A stretch of 64,000 nucleotides of DNA from an uncultured Gammaproteobacteria bacterium (GTDB lineage Bacteria; Pseudomonadota; Gammaproteobacteria; UBA9214), in contig CAWHCQ010000044.1 of assembly GCA_963827755.1 (NCBI GenBank), positions 1 to 64,000 of the forward strand. The letters run 5' to 3'. A program made the position numbers and the translations under genes. Each line of letters opens with the position of its first letter. Positions within the stretch are counted from its first letter, which is position 1. The notes below the pieces were generated by a model that was not told the origin of the DNA, did no database searches, and saw only the letters and a program-made list of their open reading frames with translations. This document shows, in pieces, positions 11,175 to 19,920 of the stretch.

Positions 11175-12028
11175 ACATGGTCATCATCAGTGGCCTGTCG
11201 GGATCCGGTAAAACGATTGCGCTGCACACCCTTGAAGATACCGGCTTCTATTGTATCGACAATTTGCCTGTCAGCCTGCTGGAAAGCTTTGCCCGTGAAG
11301 TTCTTGAACAACAGCTGGTGTCCGGTGACAAGGTGGCCGTCAGCATTGACGCCCGCAACCATCCGGCACAGCTGAATCGCTTCCCGGAAATCATCGCGAA
11401 TCTGAAAAGCAGGGAAACATCATGCAAGATCCTGTTCCTGCAATCCGATGACGCAACCCTGCTGCAACGATTCAGCGAAACACGCCGCAAGCATCCTCTT
11501 TCGGGTGTCGGTATCCCGCTTGCCGACGCCATAAGCGAAGAACGCGAGCTACTGGCACCGATTGCCGCCAATGCGGACCTGCTGATTGACTCCAGCCATA
11601 CCAATGTCCACCAGCTACGTGACCTTGTTCACGAATGCCTGGGGAAAGAAGATGCCGCAGCCTTCTCGATACTGCTGCGCTCTTTTGGATACAAACACGG
11701 CATCCCGGCTGATGCTGATTTTGTCTTCGACGCCCGCTGCCTTCCGAACCCGCACTGGCAGGAAAACCTTCGTCACCTGACCGGACATGATAAAGATGTA
11801 ATATTGTTTCTTGAAGGGGAAAACATGGTGCAGGCGTTGTATAATGACGTGAAACAATTTCTATCCAGCTGGATACCCTGCTTCAAGGCAGACAAGCGCA
11901 GTTATCTAAGTATCGCGATAGGCTGTACAGGTGGTCAACATCGCTCTGTATACCTGGTTGACAAACTGGCAAAAGACCTCGGCACACAGGCTGCTGATAT
12001 CGTCGTCAGACACAGGGAACTGGAATGA
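11171..12028 (+). CDS. rapZ: RNase adapter RapZ
   Basis: GLSGSGKT, CIDNLP, FSETRRKHP, GCTGGQHRSV. Confidence 0.95.
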   Translation: MNMVIISGLSGSGKTIALHTLEDTGFYCIDNLPVSLLESFAREVLEQQLVSGDKVAVSIDARNHPAQLNRFPEIIANLKSRETSCKILFLQSDDATLLQRFSETRRKHPLSGVGIPLADAISEERELLAPIAANADLLIDSSHTNVHQLRDLVHECLGKEDAAAFSILLRSFGYKHGIPADADFVFDARCLPNPHWQENLRHLTGHDKDVILFLEGENMVQALYNDVKQFLSSWIPCFKADKRSYLSIAIGCTGGQHRSVYLVDKLAKDLGTQAADIVVRHRELE

Positions 12029-12426
12029 ACGCTGGTTTGCTACTTATTACGCATGGACAGATCGGACAGGACATGCTCGACGCTACAACCGGCATACTCG
12101 GCAAATGTCCGCTACAGGCATCGGCAATCACTGTGAACCAGGATTGCGACCCTGATCTTGTATTTGAGCTCGCCAGCGAGGCCTGCACGGCACTGGACCG
12201 GGGCGAAGGAGTGCTGGTACTGACCGATCTGTATGGCAGCACCCCCAGCAACATCGCCACCCGCCTGATGGACAGGCACCCTGTTTGCATCATTTCGGGT
12301 GTCAATATCCCCATGCTGCTGCGCATCATGAACTACCCGGAACTCGGCCTCGAAATGCTCGCGGAAAAAGCTGCGAGCGGCGCCCATGACGGTGTCATCG
12401 TTACATCCCGGAAACAGGCCTCCTGA
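12025..12426 (+). CDS. PTS EIIA, mannose/fructose type
   Basis: LLITHG, LTDLYGSTPSN, GVNIPMLL motifs. Confidence 0.9.
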   Translation: MNAGLLLITHGQIGQDMLDATTGILGKCPLQASAITVNQDCDPDLVFELASEACTALDRGEGVLVLTDLYGSTPSNIATRLMDRHPVCIISGVNIPMLLRIMNYPELGLEMLAEKAASGAHDGVIVTSRKQAS

Positions 12427-12427
12427 C

Positions 12428-12697
12428 ATGCAGGAGCGCAGCGTAACCATCGTCAACAAACTGGGCCTGCACGCACGTGCAGCCGCAAAACTGGTGACCA
12501 TGGCCTCGGGCTACTCAAGCGATGTCGATATCGCCAGGGAAGGCCAGACCGTTAATGGCAAGAGCATCATGGGCGTGATGATGCTTGCAGCCTCAAAAGG
12601 CACGGAGTTGCTTATCAGAACCAGTGGCAATGACGAACAGGAAGCAGCGGACAATCTTGAAAAACTGGTGGCGGACAAATTCGGGGAACAAGAGTAA
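12428..12697 (+). CDS. ptsH: Phosphocarrier HPr/NPr
   Basis: NKLGLHARAAAK (His15) and NGKSIMG (Ser46). Confidence 0.93.
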   Translation: MQERSVTIVNKLGLHARAAAKLVTMASGYSSDVDIAREGQTVNGKSIMGVMMLAASKGTELLIRTSGNDEQEAADNLEKLVADKFGEQE

Positions 12698-12721
12698 TAA
12701 AACATAGCGTGGTAATAAAAC

Positions 12722-14464
12722 ATGAGCCTGGCCCTATCCGGTATTGGTGTTTCCAGAGGCGTCGCCATCGGCAAGGCGCATGTCATCATGCGGGGCAGCA
12801 TCGAAGTCTATGAAAGCTGCATCCCCAAGGACGCTATCGAAGACGAAATAGCCCGCTTTCTAGGCGCCATTGCAACCGCCCGCCAGCAGCTGCAATCAAT
12901 TCTCAAGCATATCCCGAAAGACACCCGCGCAGATATAGCGACCTTTATCGATACGCATCTGCTGATGCTTGACGATGCCACCCTTGTAGACACCCCTGTC
13001 GAGCACATCAGGAAATACGGCTGCAATGCCGAGTGGGCACTGAAACTGCAGCGTGATGCCGTCGTCGGAGTGTTCGAGCAGATGGATGATGCCTACCTGC
13101 GCACCCGCCGCGACGACGTCGATCATGTTATCAACCGTATCCAGCGACTGCTGCTCGACAACGGCCAGGGTGAAGCACACGCTGATGCAGACACCCCGGA
13201 GAATGCGATTGTACTGACCGACGACCTGACCCCGGCAGAGACCATCCTGCTGCAACACCAGGGCGTGATTGCCTTTGCTACGGAGTACGGCGGACCGCTG
13301 TCGCATACAGCCATTCTTGCCCGCAGTATCCAGATACCTGCGGTTGTCGGCGCCCGCGGCATTCAACACTACGTTCAGGATGGCGAGAGCATCATTATTG
13401 ACGGCCTGCAGGGCCTGCTGATTGTCGCACCCGATGAAAATACCCTGGCTTTTTACCTTGAAAAACAGGAAAAAGAGCAGCGCCGCAACTCCGAACTGGC
13501 GACCCTTACAGGGCAGCCCGCCGTTACCCTTGACAATATTCCCGTCACGCTGATGGCTAACATAGAGCTCGCTGAAGATATCGAGGCCGTCAGCCGCGAG
13601 CAGGCCAGTGGCGTTGGCCTGTACCGCACAGAGTTTCTTTTCATGAACCGCAACACGCCACCGGATGAAGAGGAACAGTATGCGAGTTACATGAAGGTAA
13701 TCGAGGCACTCGGGGGCAAACCGCTGACGATTCGCACACTCGACATTGGCGTGGACAAGAAAATCGAAGGCAGCAGTCACAGTTGCAGTAATCCGGCGCT
13801 TGGCCTGCGCGCCATCCGTTTGTGCCTGAAGGACACGTCCCTGTTCAAACCGCAGCTGCGCGCAATACTGAGGGCGTCCGTACACGGGCCGGTTCGCTTG
13901 ATGATCCCGATGCTCTCAACTACACATGAACTTCACCAGGTGCTCGCGCTGATCAGTGAAACCAGGGACAGCCTGCTACGCGGGAAGCTGGCCTTTTCAC
14001 CGGATATCATGATCGGCTGCATGATCGAGGTGCCGGCGGCAGCCCTGTCTGCGGCTGATTTCGCCAGTCATCTCGACTTCCTGTCGATAGGAACCAATGA
14101 TCTTATCCAGTACACACTGGCTATTGACCGCATCGATGATGAGGTCAACTACCTCTATGACCCGCTGCATCCGGCCGTGTTAAAACTCATAAAAATGGTC
14201 ATTGATGCCGGCAAGTCGGCCGGGGTCCCGGTAGAGATGTGTGGCGAGATGGCCGGTGACCCGCGTTTTACCCGGCTGTTGCTGGGCATGGGCCTGACCG
14301 AGTTCAGCATGCACCCGACAGCCTTGCAGGAAGTGAAGCAGGTCATCAACAACAGCTCCATTGCGCTGCTGACCCCCCTGGTTGACAAACTCCTCAGCCA
14401 TACCGATCCCGGCGAAGTTCCCGCCGCTGTCGACAGGCTCAATAGCCGCGGCCAGACAGCTTAG
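12722..14464 (+). CDS. ptsI: PTS enzyme I (no GAF domain)
   Basis: SHTAILAR, GLYRTEF, NPALGLRAIR, SIGTNDLIQY, MCGEMAGD. Confidence 0.95.
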   Translation: MSLALSGIGVSRGVAIGKAHVIMRGSIEVYESCIPKDAIEDEIARFLGAIATARQQLQSILKHIPKDTRADIATFIDTHLLMLDDATLVDTPVEHIRKYGCNAEWALKLQRDAVVGVFEQMDDAYLRTRRDDVDHVINRIQRLLLDNGQGEAHADADTPENAIVLTDDLTPAETILLQHQGVIAFATEYGGPLSHTAILARSIQIPAVVGARGIQHYVQDGESIIIDGLQGLLIVAPDENTLAFYLEKQEKEQRRNSELATLTGQPAVTLDNIPVTLMANIELAEDIEAVSREQASGVGLYRTEFLFMNRNTPPDEEEQYASYMKVIEALGGKPLTIRTLDIGVDKKIEGSSHSCSNPALGLRAIRLCLKDTSLFKPQLRAILRASVHGPVRLMIPMLSTTHELHQVLALISETRDSLLRGKLAFSPDIMIGCMIEVPAAALSAADFASHLDFLSIGTNDLIQYTLAIDRIDDEVNYLYDPLHPAVLKLIKMVIDAGKSAGVPVEMCGEMAGDPRFTRLLLGMGLTEFSMHPTALQEVKQVINNSSIALLTPLVDKLLSHTDPGEVPAAVDRLNSRGQTA

Positions 14465-14467
14465 GCC

Positions 14468-14995
14468 TTAACGCCGCTGATTCGTCCCGGGCTTGTACGG
14501 AAGCGCCTGTGAATCTTCCGGCCCCTCCGCAGCGGCCTCGCGCTGCCCCCGGGCCGCCGCAGCCCAGAAGCCACGCTTGTAGCGCCGGGCTTCCCGCTCG
14601 GCTTGCGCGTATTTTTCCCGGTCAATCCTGGACTGCTGGTACTGATGCCTCAACTCGTGCCAGGCGAGACCTGCCCTGACCTGCTCGAGGTTCATATCCT
14701 GATGACCCAGCAGCACCTTGCCCAGAATCCGTTCCTCGCGATCCCGTCCTTTATACTCCACGACGACGAACTTGCCGGCGACCGCGACAGCCAGGCGCTC
14801 CTTCGACTGCGCCGCAAATGGCTGGCCATACACAGGTGCGGCAATGCCCAGCATGCGGATGCTGTGCCGGGTATAATTCGCATCGACCACAACAAGCGTA
14901 TCGCCATCGGTCACGCGGGCGACACGGCCAGTGAAGGTGCCTGCCTGAACAAGGCAGTGTGCAAACAGGAGGGTGAGTAAAAGTATGCTGCGCAT
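14468..14995 (-). CDS. Secreted thermonuclease (SNase) family protein with a degenerate active site
   Basis: Signal peptide, VTDGDT, RMLGIAAPV (canonical RLxGIDAPE), NLEQVRAGLAW, AEREARRYKRGFW. Confidence 0.85.
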   Translation of the reverse strand: MRSILLLTLLFAHCLVQAGTFTGRVARVTDGDTLVVVDANYTRHSIRMLGIAAPVYGQPFAAQSKERLAVAVAGKFVVVEYKGRDREERILGKVLLGHQDMNLEQVRAGLAWHELRHQYQQSRIDREKYAQAEREARRYKRGFWAAAARGQREAAAEGPEDSQALPYKPGTNQRR

Positions 14996-15085
14996 GGTGC
15001 GAGGAAACGGCCTTAAAATGGCGGGCGCCAGATCACGTTTTTTACAGTACCCGTAGAAAACGTGTCCTGACACCCTGGTATCCCC

Positions 15086-15544
15086 TTACCCCTGAACCTT
15101 CCAACTGCCATCTGCCTGCCGGCATGCCGTCCCGTAGACCTTTTCCCTTTTTCCGCCAACCATGGCATCCACCGTGTATTCACGACAGGGACCGGCACCG
15201 CTCTCGTAGGTGCGCGTCGGTACAACGGTATACTGGTTGCCGGTATCAGGATTTCTCCACGCGGTTGGCACACCTGTGCGCACTGTTTCCAGGCTGTGCG
15301 CGGTCTTCAGGCGATCGGTGTCATCCATGGATCTGCCTACAGATCCGCCTATCATGGAGCCGGCCATCGTACCCACAATGATCGCCGCCGTTCTTCCGTT
15401 TCCTCTTCCGACCTGTGACCCGAGGACACCACCCAGTATGCCCCCGATGACTACGCCTTCCTGCTCATGCCGTCGGTTCTCGGCACATCCGGAGATTACA
15501 ACTGCACCAAGCAGCACCACACTCAACAGATATTTGGTTTTCAT
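15086..15544 (-). CDS. Glycine-zipper lipoprotein, Rickettsia 17-kDa surface antigen-like
   Basis: Lipobox ISGC, glycine zipper, WRNPDTG, CREY and GTACRQADGSW. Confidence 0.88.
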   Translation of the reverse strand: MKTKYLLSVVLLGAVVISGCAENRRHEQEGVVIGGILGGVLGSQVGRGNGRTAAIIVGTMAGSMIGGSVGRSMDDTDRLKTAHSLETVRTGVPTAWRNPDTGNQYTVVPTRTYESGAGPCREYTVDAMVGGKREKVYGTACRQADGSWKVQG

Positions 15545-15610
15545 GCCATATTCCCTCATCACTCGATATTGCTCCCTTGTAAAGACTGATTATAATTGAA
15601 AAACAGAGTA

Positions 15611-15624
15611 TTGATATGCATCAA
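15611..15624. promoter_or_regulatory. FNR/ANR-type box
   Basis: Perfect TTGAT-ATGC-ATCAA in the intergenic region upstream of the lipoprotein gene. Confidence 0.55.
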
Positions 15625-15669
15625 GATCAAGCGACTGCGAACCCGGGGATGGCGAACAGGCCATGCCCA

Positions 15670-17028
15670 TCAAGCACCTGCGATCATCATCTCGCCAAGC
15701 AATACCGAGCCGCAGCGGGTATTACCGCGCAGATCGACATCGTTGCCGACTGCGATGATGTCCGTGAACATGTCTTTCAGATTGCCGGCGACGGTGATTT
15801 CGTCTACCGGGTACTGGATTTCCCCGCCCTCGACCCAGAAGCCCGCTGCACCACGGGAGTAGTCACCGGTGACGATATTCACGCCAAAGCCGATCAATTC
15901 GGTAAGCAGCAGACCGCGGTCCATGCTGCGCAACAATCCAGCCAGGTCCTTGTCGCCGCTGTCGATCGTCAGGTTGCGCACACCACCGGCATTTGCCGTG
16001 GTCTGCATACCGAGTTTGCGGGCCGCATAGCTGTTCAGCACATAGCCTTCCAGTACCCCGCCGCGCACGATATCGCGCGCAGCGGTGGCGACGCCCTCGC
16101 CGTCGTAGGGCGCACTACCCAGCGCTTTCTTCAATAGCGGCTGTTCATGAATATGGATAAACTCCGGGAATACCGGTTGTCCGAGATGATCGAGCAGAAA
16201 ACTTGATTTGCGATACAGGTTGCTGCCACTGATCGCATTTATAAAATTACCGAACAGGCTGGATGCGATATCCGCTGCAAATATTACCGGTGCCTTGCGG
16301 GTGGTCAGGCGCCGCGTCCCCAGCCGCCGTGCGGTGCGTTCGCCACTGATGCGGCCGATGTCTGCCGCTGCCGCCAGATCCGCAGGGTCACGGACCGAGT
16401 CGTACCAGTAATCGCGCTGCATTTCATCGCCCTGCTTGCCGATGACGCTGCAGCTGATGCTGTGATAACTGCTCTGATAGCCGCCGAGGAAACCATTGCT
16501 GTTGGCCTTTACGCGCATGCCGGTATTACTTGATACGCTGGCGCCCTCGGAATTTTCGATGCGCACATCGACTTCACGGGCAGCTGACTCGCACTCCCTG
16601 GCAATTTCAATTGCCTGCTCGGCGCTGATATCCCAGGGATGATAAAGGTCCAGGTCGGGTATTGTTTTTGCCAGGCGGCCGGCATCCGGCAGGCCTGCAT
16701 ATTTATCTTCGCTGGTGTAGCGTGCGATGTCACAGGCGGCCCGCACCGTCGCAGCAACGCTTTCCGGTCCAAAATCTGCCGTACTGGCCGAGCCCTTGCG
16801 CTGATCGAAGTACACCGTCAGACCCAGTGACCGGTCGCGGTTGTATTCAAGTGTTTCGGTTTCTCCAAGACGCACGGTCACGGACAGTCCGGCATCAATA
16901 CTGACGCCGGCTTCCACGCTATCCGCACCAAGACCGGTGGCCTGGCGAATGACATCATGCACCAGTTCCTCCAGCCGGGACTGATCAGGAAACGGTGATT
17001 CGTCCTCTGCAAGCTGTAAATCAGTCAT
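15670..17028 (-). CDS. pmbA: Metalloprotease PmbA (TldE)
   Basis: MQRDYWY, GSNLYRKSSFL, TGDYSRGAAGFWVE, ITVAGNL. Confidence 0.95.
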   Translation of the reverse strand: MTDLQLAEDESPFPDQSRLEELVHDVIRQATGLGADSVEAGVSIDAGLSVTVRLGETETLEYNRDRSLGLTVYFDQRKGSASTADFGPESVAATVRAACDIARYTSEDKYAGLPDAGRLAKTIPDLDLYHPWDISAEQAIEIARECESAAREVDVRIENSEGASVSSNTGMRVKANSNGFLGGYQSSYHSISCSVIGKQGDEMQRDYWYDSVRDPADLAAAADIGRISGERTARRLGTRRLTTRKAPVIFAADIASSLFGNFINAISGSNLYRKSSFLLDHLGQPVFPEFIHIHEQPLLKKALGSAPYDGEGVATAARDIVRGGVLEGYVLNSYAARKLGMQTTANAGGVRNLTIDSGDKDLAGLLRSMDRGLLLTELIGFGVNIVTGDYSRGAAGFWVEGGEIQYPVDEITVAGNLKDMFTDIIAVGNDVDLRGNTRCGSVLLGEMMIAGA

Positions 17029-17129
17029 GTCTGCTCCCTGGAAAAGAATGACCGGATTCTACCGTTCACACCAGTAGCGGACAAATCATTCTCAAGCCGT
17101 TATCCTGTTGACCTGCATTATTCAGGTTT

Positions 17130-17657
17130 ATGACAATGGGCGATACACAAAACGGTGAAACCGGCGAAACCGGGCTTGTCAGCAAGTCACAGCGCAAGCG
17201 CGACATGGAATCGCTGAAGAACCTTGGCTGGCGACTGCTTGAATTCAGCGACGATGCACTCAGGCAGCTGGCAATGCCGGATAAGCTGCTGGACGCTATC
17301 AGAACGGCCAAGCGGATCAAGTCCCACGGGGCACGCAAACGCCAGATGCAGTTTATCGGCAAACTGATGCGCGACATCGATGCAGCCCCCATCAGGAAAG
17401 CCGTTGATCTCGCCGACCATCAACAATCAACCCGAAGCAGGGAATTTCACCTGATTGAGGATCTGCGCGAAAAGCTGCTGACGGAAGGCGACAGCGCATT
17501 ACCCGAGGTCCTGTCATATTTTCCACGTGCCGAGCGGCAACATTTGCGCAAGCTTGTCAGGCAGGCGAAAACCGAACAGGAAACCCGTCAGCCGCCGCGT
17601 GCTTCACGCCTGGTATTCCGCTACCTGCGCGAACTGCAGGAAGAACCCGAATATTGA
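17130..17657 (+). CDS. yjgA: Ribosome biogenesis factor YjgA (DarP)
   Basis: SKSQRKRDM and RKRQMQFIGKLMR; divergent from pmbA as usual. Confidence 0.93.
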   Translation: MTMGDTQNGETGETGLVSKSQRKRDMESLKNLGWRLLEFSDDALRQLAMPDKLLDAIRTAKRIKSHGARKRQMQFIGKLMRDIDAAPIRKAVDLADHQQSTRSREFHLIEDLREKLLTEGDSALPEVLSYFPRAERQHLRKLVRQAKTEQETRQPPRASRLVFRYLRELQEEPEY

Positions 17658-17659
17658 AC

Positions 17660-18658
17660 TCAGGCAGAGTCCTTACCCGTCTGATTCGGCAATGCCGCGG
17701 CATAGGCCGACACAATCGCTGCAACAGTTTCCACCGAGTCGATGCCGGCAACACTCTTGCCCGCCTGAAAGATATCCCTGTAGGTGAGCCCCTGCATGGA
17801 CGCGCGTTTCAGTTTCCATATCGACTGCAGCGAATAGAGGGTGCGCATCCAGTGTTTCGTTTTACGCCCGCGCAACATCCAGCGGGCAAGCGGGCCGGCC
17901 TTTGTCCCGATACGCTCGATATAGGGCGTGCGAATAATCGACACCGGCACCCCGGATATCTTTTCGGACAACACGATATCCTGCTCACCCGCCTGGATGA
18001 TTGCGGCCTTGTAGTCTGCATGGGCACTGCATTCAGCCGATGCAATAAAGCGTGTACCCAGCTGGACGGCTGCATATCCCGAGGCGATGGCCGCGGCAAA
18101 TTCTTCAGGTCGGCCAATGCCACCGGCACAGACCAGGGGTTTGCCGAGCGGGCCAATCTCATCCAGCAACTGCCGGGGTGACAGCTCCCCGGCATGCCCG
18201 CCGGCGCGATTGTTGACGCAAATAAATCCGTCCACCCCGCCATCCAGGGCCTTTTCAGCCCACTTTCGGCTGGTGACATCGTGGTAGACCGTTACCCCGG
18301 CCGGGCCGGCCCGCCGCACTACCCAGTCGGGCTTGCCCAGCGCCGTCACGAAAAATGACACCTGCTCTTCGAGGCTGATTTCCAGCCACTCGCGGACACG
18401 CTGGAGATAGCGTTGCGAACTTTGTTCGATAATGAGATTTACACCAATCGGTTTTTGCGTGAGGCCGCGAATATATCTCAGCCCGGCCCGGTAATCATAA
18501 CCGTGTACATAGCTGAGGCTGAGCGGCTGCACAATGCCGATACCACCGGCCTCGGACACCGCGGCAACCAGCTCGGGATTTGAACAGGGGTACATGGCAC
18601 CACAGATCAGAGGCACTTCTATACCCAGTGCGCGAGTGAATTCGGTCTGTGCAACCAT
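17660..18658 (-). CDS. Nitronate monooxygenase / FabK-like flavoenzyme
   Basis: GAMYPCSNPELVAAVSEAGG, AGGHAG, VCAGGI, QLGTRF. Confidence 0.85.
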   Translation of the reverse strand: MVAQTEFTRALGIEVPLICGAMYPCSNPELVAAVSEAGGIGIVQPLSLSYVHGYDYRAGLRYIRGLTQKPIGVNLIIEQSSQRYLQRVREWLEISLEEQVSFFVTALGKPDWVVRRAGPAGVTVYHDVTSRKWAEKALDGGVDGFICVNNRAGGHAGELSPRQLLDEIGPLGKPLVCAGGIGRPEEFAAAIASGYAAVQLGTRFIASAECSAHADYKAAIIQAGEQDIVLSEKISGVPVSIIRTPYIERIGTKAGPLARWMLRGRKTKHWMRTLYSLQSIWKLKRASMQGLTYRDIFQAGKSVAGIDSVETVAAIVSAYAAALPNQTGKDSA

Positions 18659-19138
18659 CAGCCTGTCTTCTCCGGTCCGACCAGCCAGCGTGCCTGTGCA
18701 ATCGAAACAATGTCGCCCTCTGCATCGCGGATATTACCCGTGAGTTGATACTCGTGCTCGCTATTGTCCGCCGGGATTTCACAGCGGCACTCGGCAGTCA
18801 GCTCTGCCGCGGGCCTTTTTCAGGTAGTCAACAGCAAAACCCGTGAGAATCCCGCGTGCACTGTCCGGCAGACTGTTCATCAGCGCCAGGCCGGTTACCA
18901 TCTCGCCGAGGTTCGCCAGGGCCATCGCATGGATAGACCCGAGGTGATTTCGCACACACCTGCGATCAGGCAGGCTAGCCACACACAAACCGGGTTCCAG
19001 GCGCTGAATCACCGCCCCGATGCTACCGGTATAGGGAACATAGCGGCCAAGCACCAGGCTGAACAGCCGTTTACCGCCGGGTAGCGCCGCCAGTCTGCGC
19101 CACTGCGTGCGTAATACGGGACCGATCGATTGTGACAT
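18658..19138 (-). CDS. Hotdog-fold thioesterase (DUF4442-like), split by a +1 frameshift near 18803
   Basis: NHLGSIHAMAL motif; removing one base after KKARG gives RLTAECRCEIP...AQARWLVGPEKTG*, whose TGA overlaps the downstream ATG. Confidence 0.8.
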
Positions 19139-19289
19139 CAGACATTCACCTTGCGGGGTGTGACCGACAGGTTAACGTAACCTCAGCTGTTTGTTATACA
19201 ACATTTGGAAAATAACGGAAATGCGGCGAACGGGATCACCGCAGGCATGAATTCAGGGGAATAAAAACCATGCGCACGGGAATGCGCAG

Positions 19290-19326
19290 AAAAATACAGC
19301 GGCTGCTGCATTTACTGCAGCAGCCG
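19290..19326 (-). terminator. Intrinsic terminator of the DUF2934 gene
   Basis: 11-bp stem CGGCTGCTGCA/TGCAGCAGCCG followed by CTGTATTTTT on the minus strand. Confidence 0.65.
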
Positions 19327-19334
19327 GCTGAGAA

Positions 19335-19754
19335 TCAGGAGCGTATAGCCTCCTGCTTGCTGACCTCTTTACGCGCCGCTGCGATCTTCCCGGCACTTGC
19401 TCTTCCGGTAGAGACCTCGGGGCTCGTTACGTTTGCACCGCCTTCGAGCAGCAGGCGGTTAATCTCCTCCTCTGCCTCCAGCCAGTTTGTTTCTTCCTCG
19501 CCTGCCATGAAGCCGTTGGCTTCTGCCTTGTAATAGGCAGTCAGCTGGATCAGTTCATTACGCAGCTCATTGGTAATCACCAGATCACCGAGACGGCGTG
19601 CAGACGTGGGGGTGAGATGTTGCTTGAGTTTACTGGTGGTGTTCTTGATGGTGGTATCGAGCTTCTTGGCTAGCGCCAGTTCAAGTTCCTTCAGCCGCCC
19701 CCAGAGAACATCCATTTCGACAGTTGCATGATCAACGCTCAGTTTTTCGCCCAT
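19335..19754 (-). CDS. DUF2934 domain protein
   Basis: RNELIQLTAYYKAEANGF..GEEETNWLEAE motif; SD-like GAGGAG upstream of ATG 19754. Confidence 0.75.
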   Translation of the reverse strand: MGEKLSVDHATVEMDVLWGRLKELELALAKKLDTTIKNTTSKLKQHLTPTSARRLGDLVITNELRNELIQLTAYYKAEANGFMAGEEETNWLEAEEEINRLLLEGGANVTSPEVSTGRASAGKIAAARKEVSKQEAIRS

Positions 19755-19920
19755 AGTTATGGTCTCCTCATGGTTCACACAGTTATACTGCAACCACAGC
19801 ATCTTGTGATGCTTTGGCAATAATAACCCTATATTTTGAGAATGGAAGAGCTGGTGAAGCGATTTTTCTCATGGCGTCAAGAACCCGCCACAAGGCCCTC
19901 GGGGGGTAGCGGCCCCGGCA

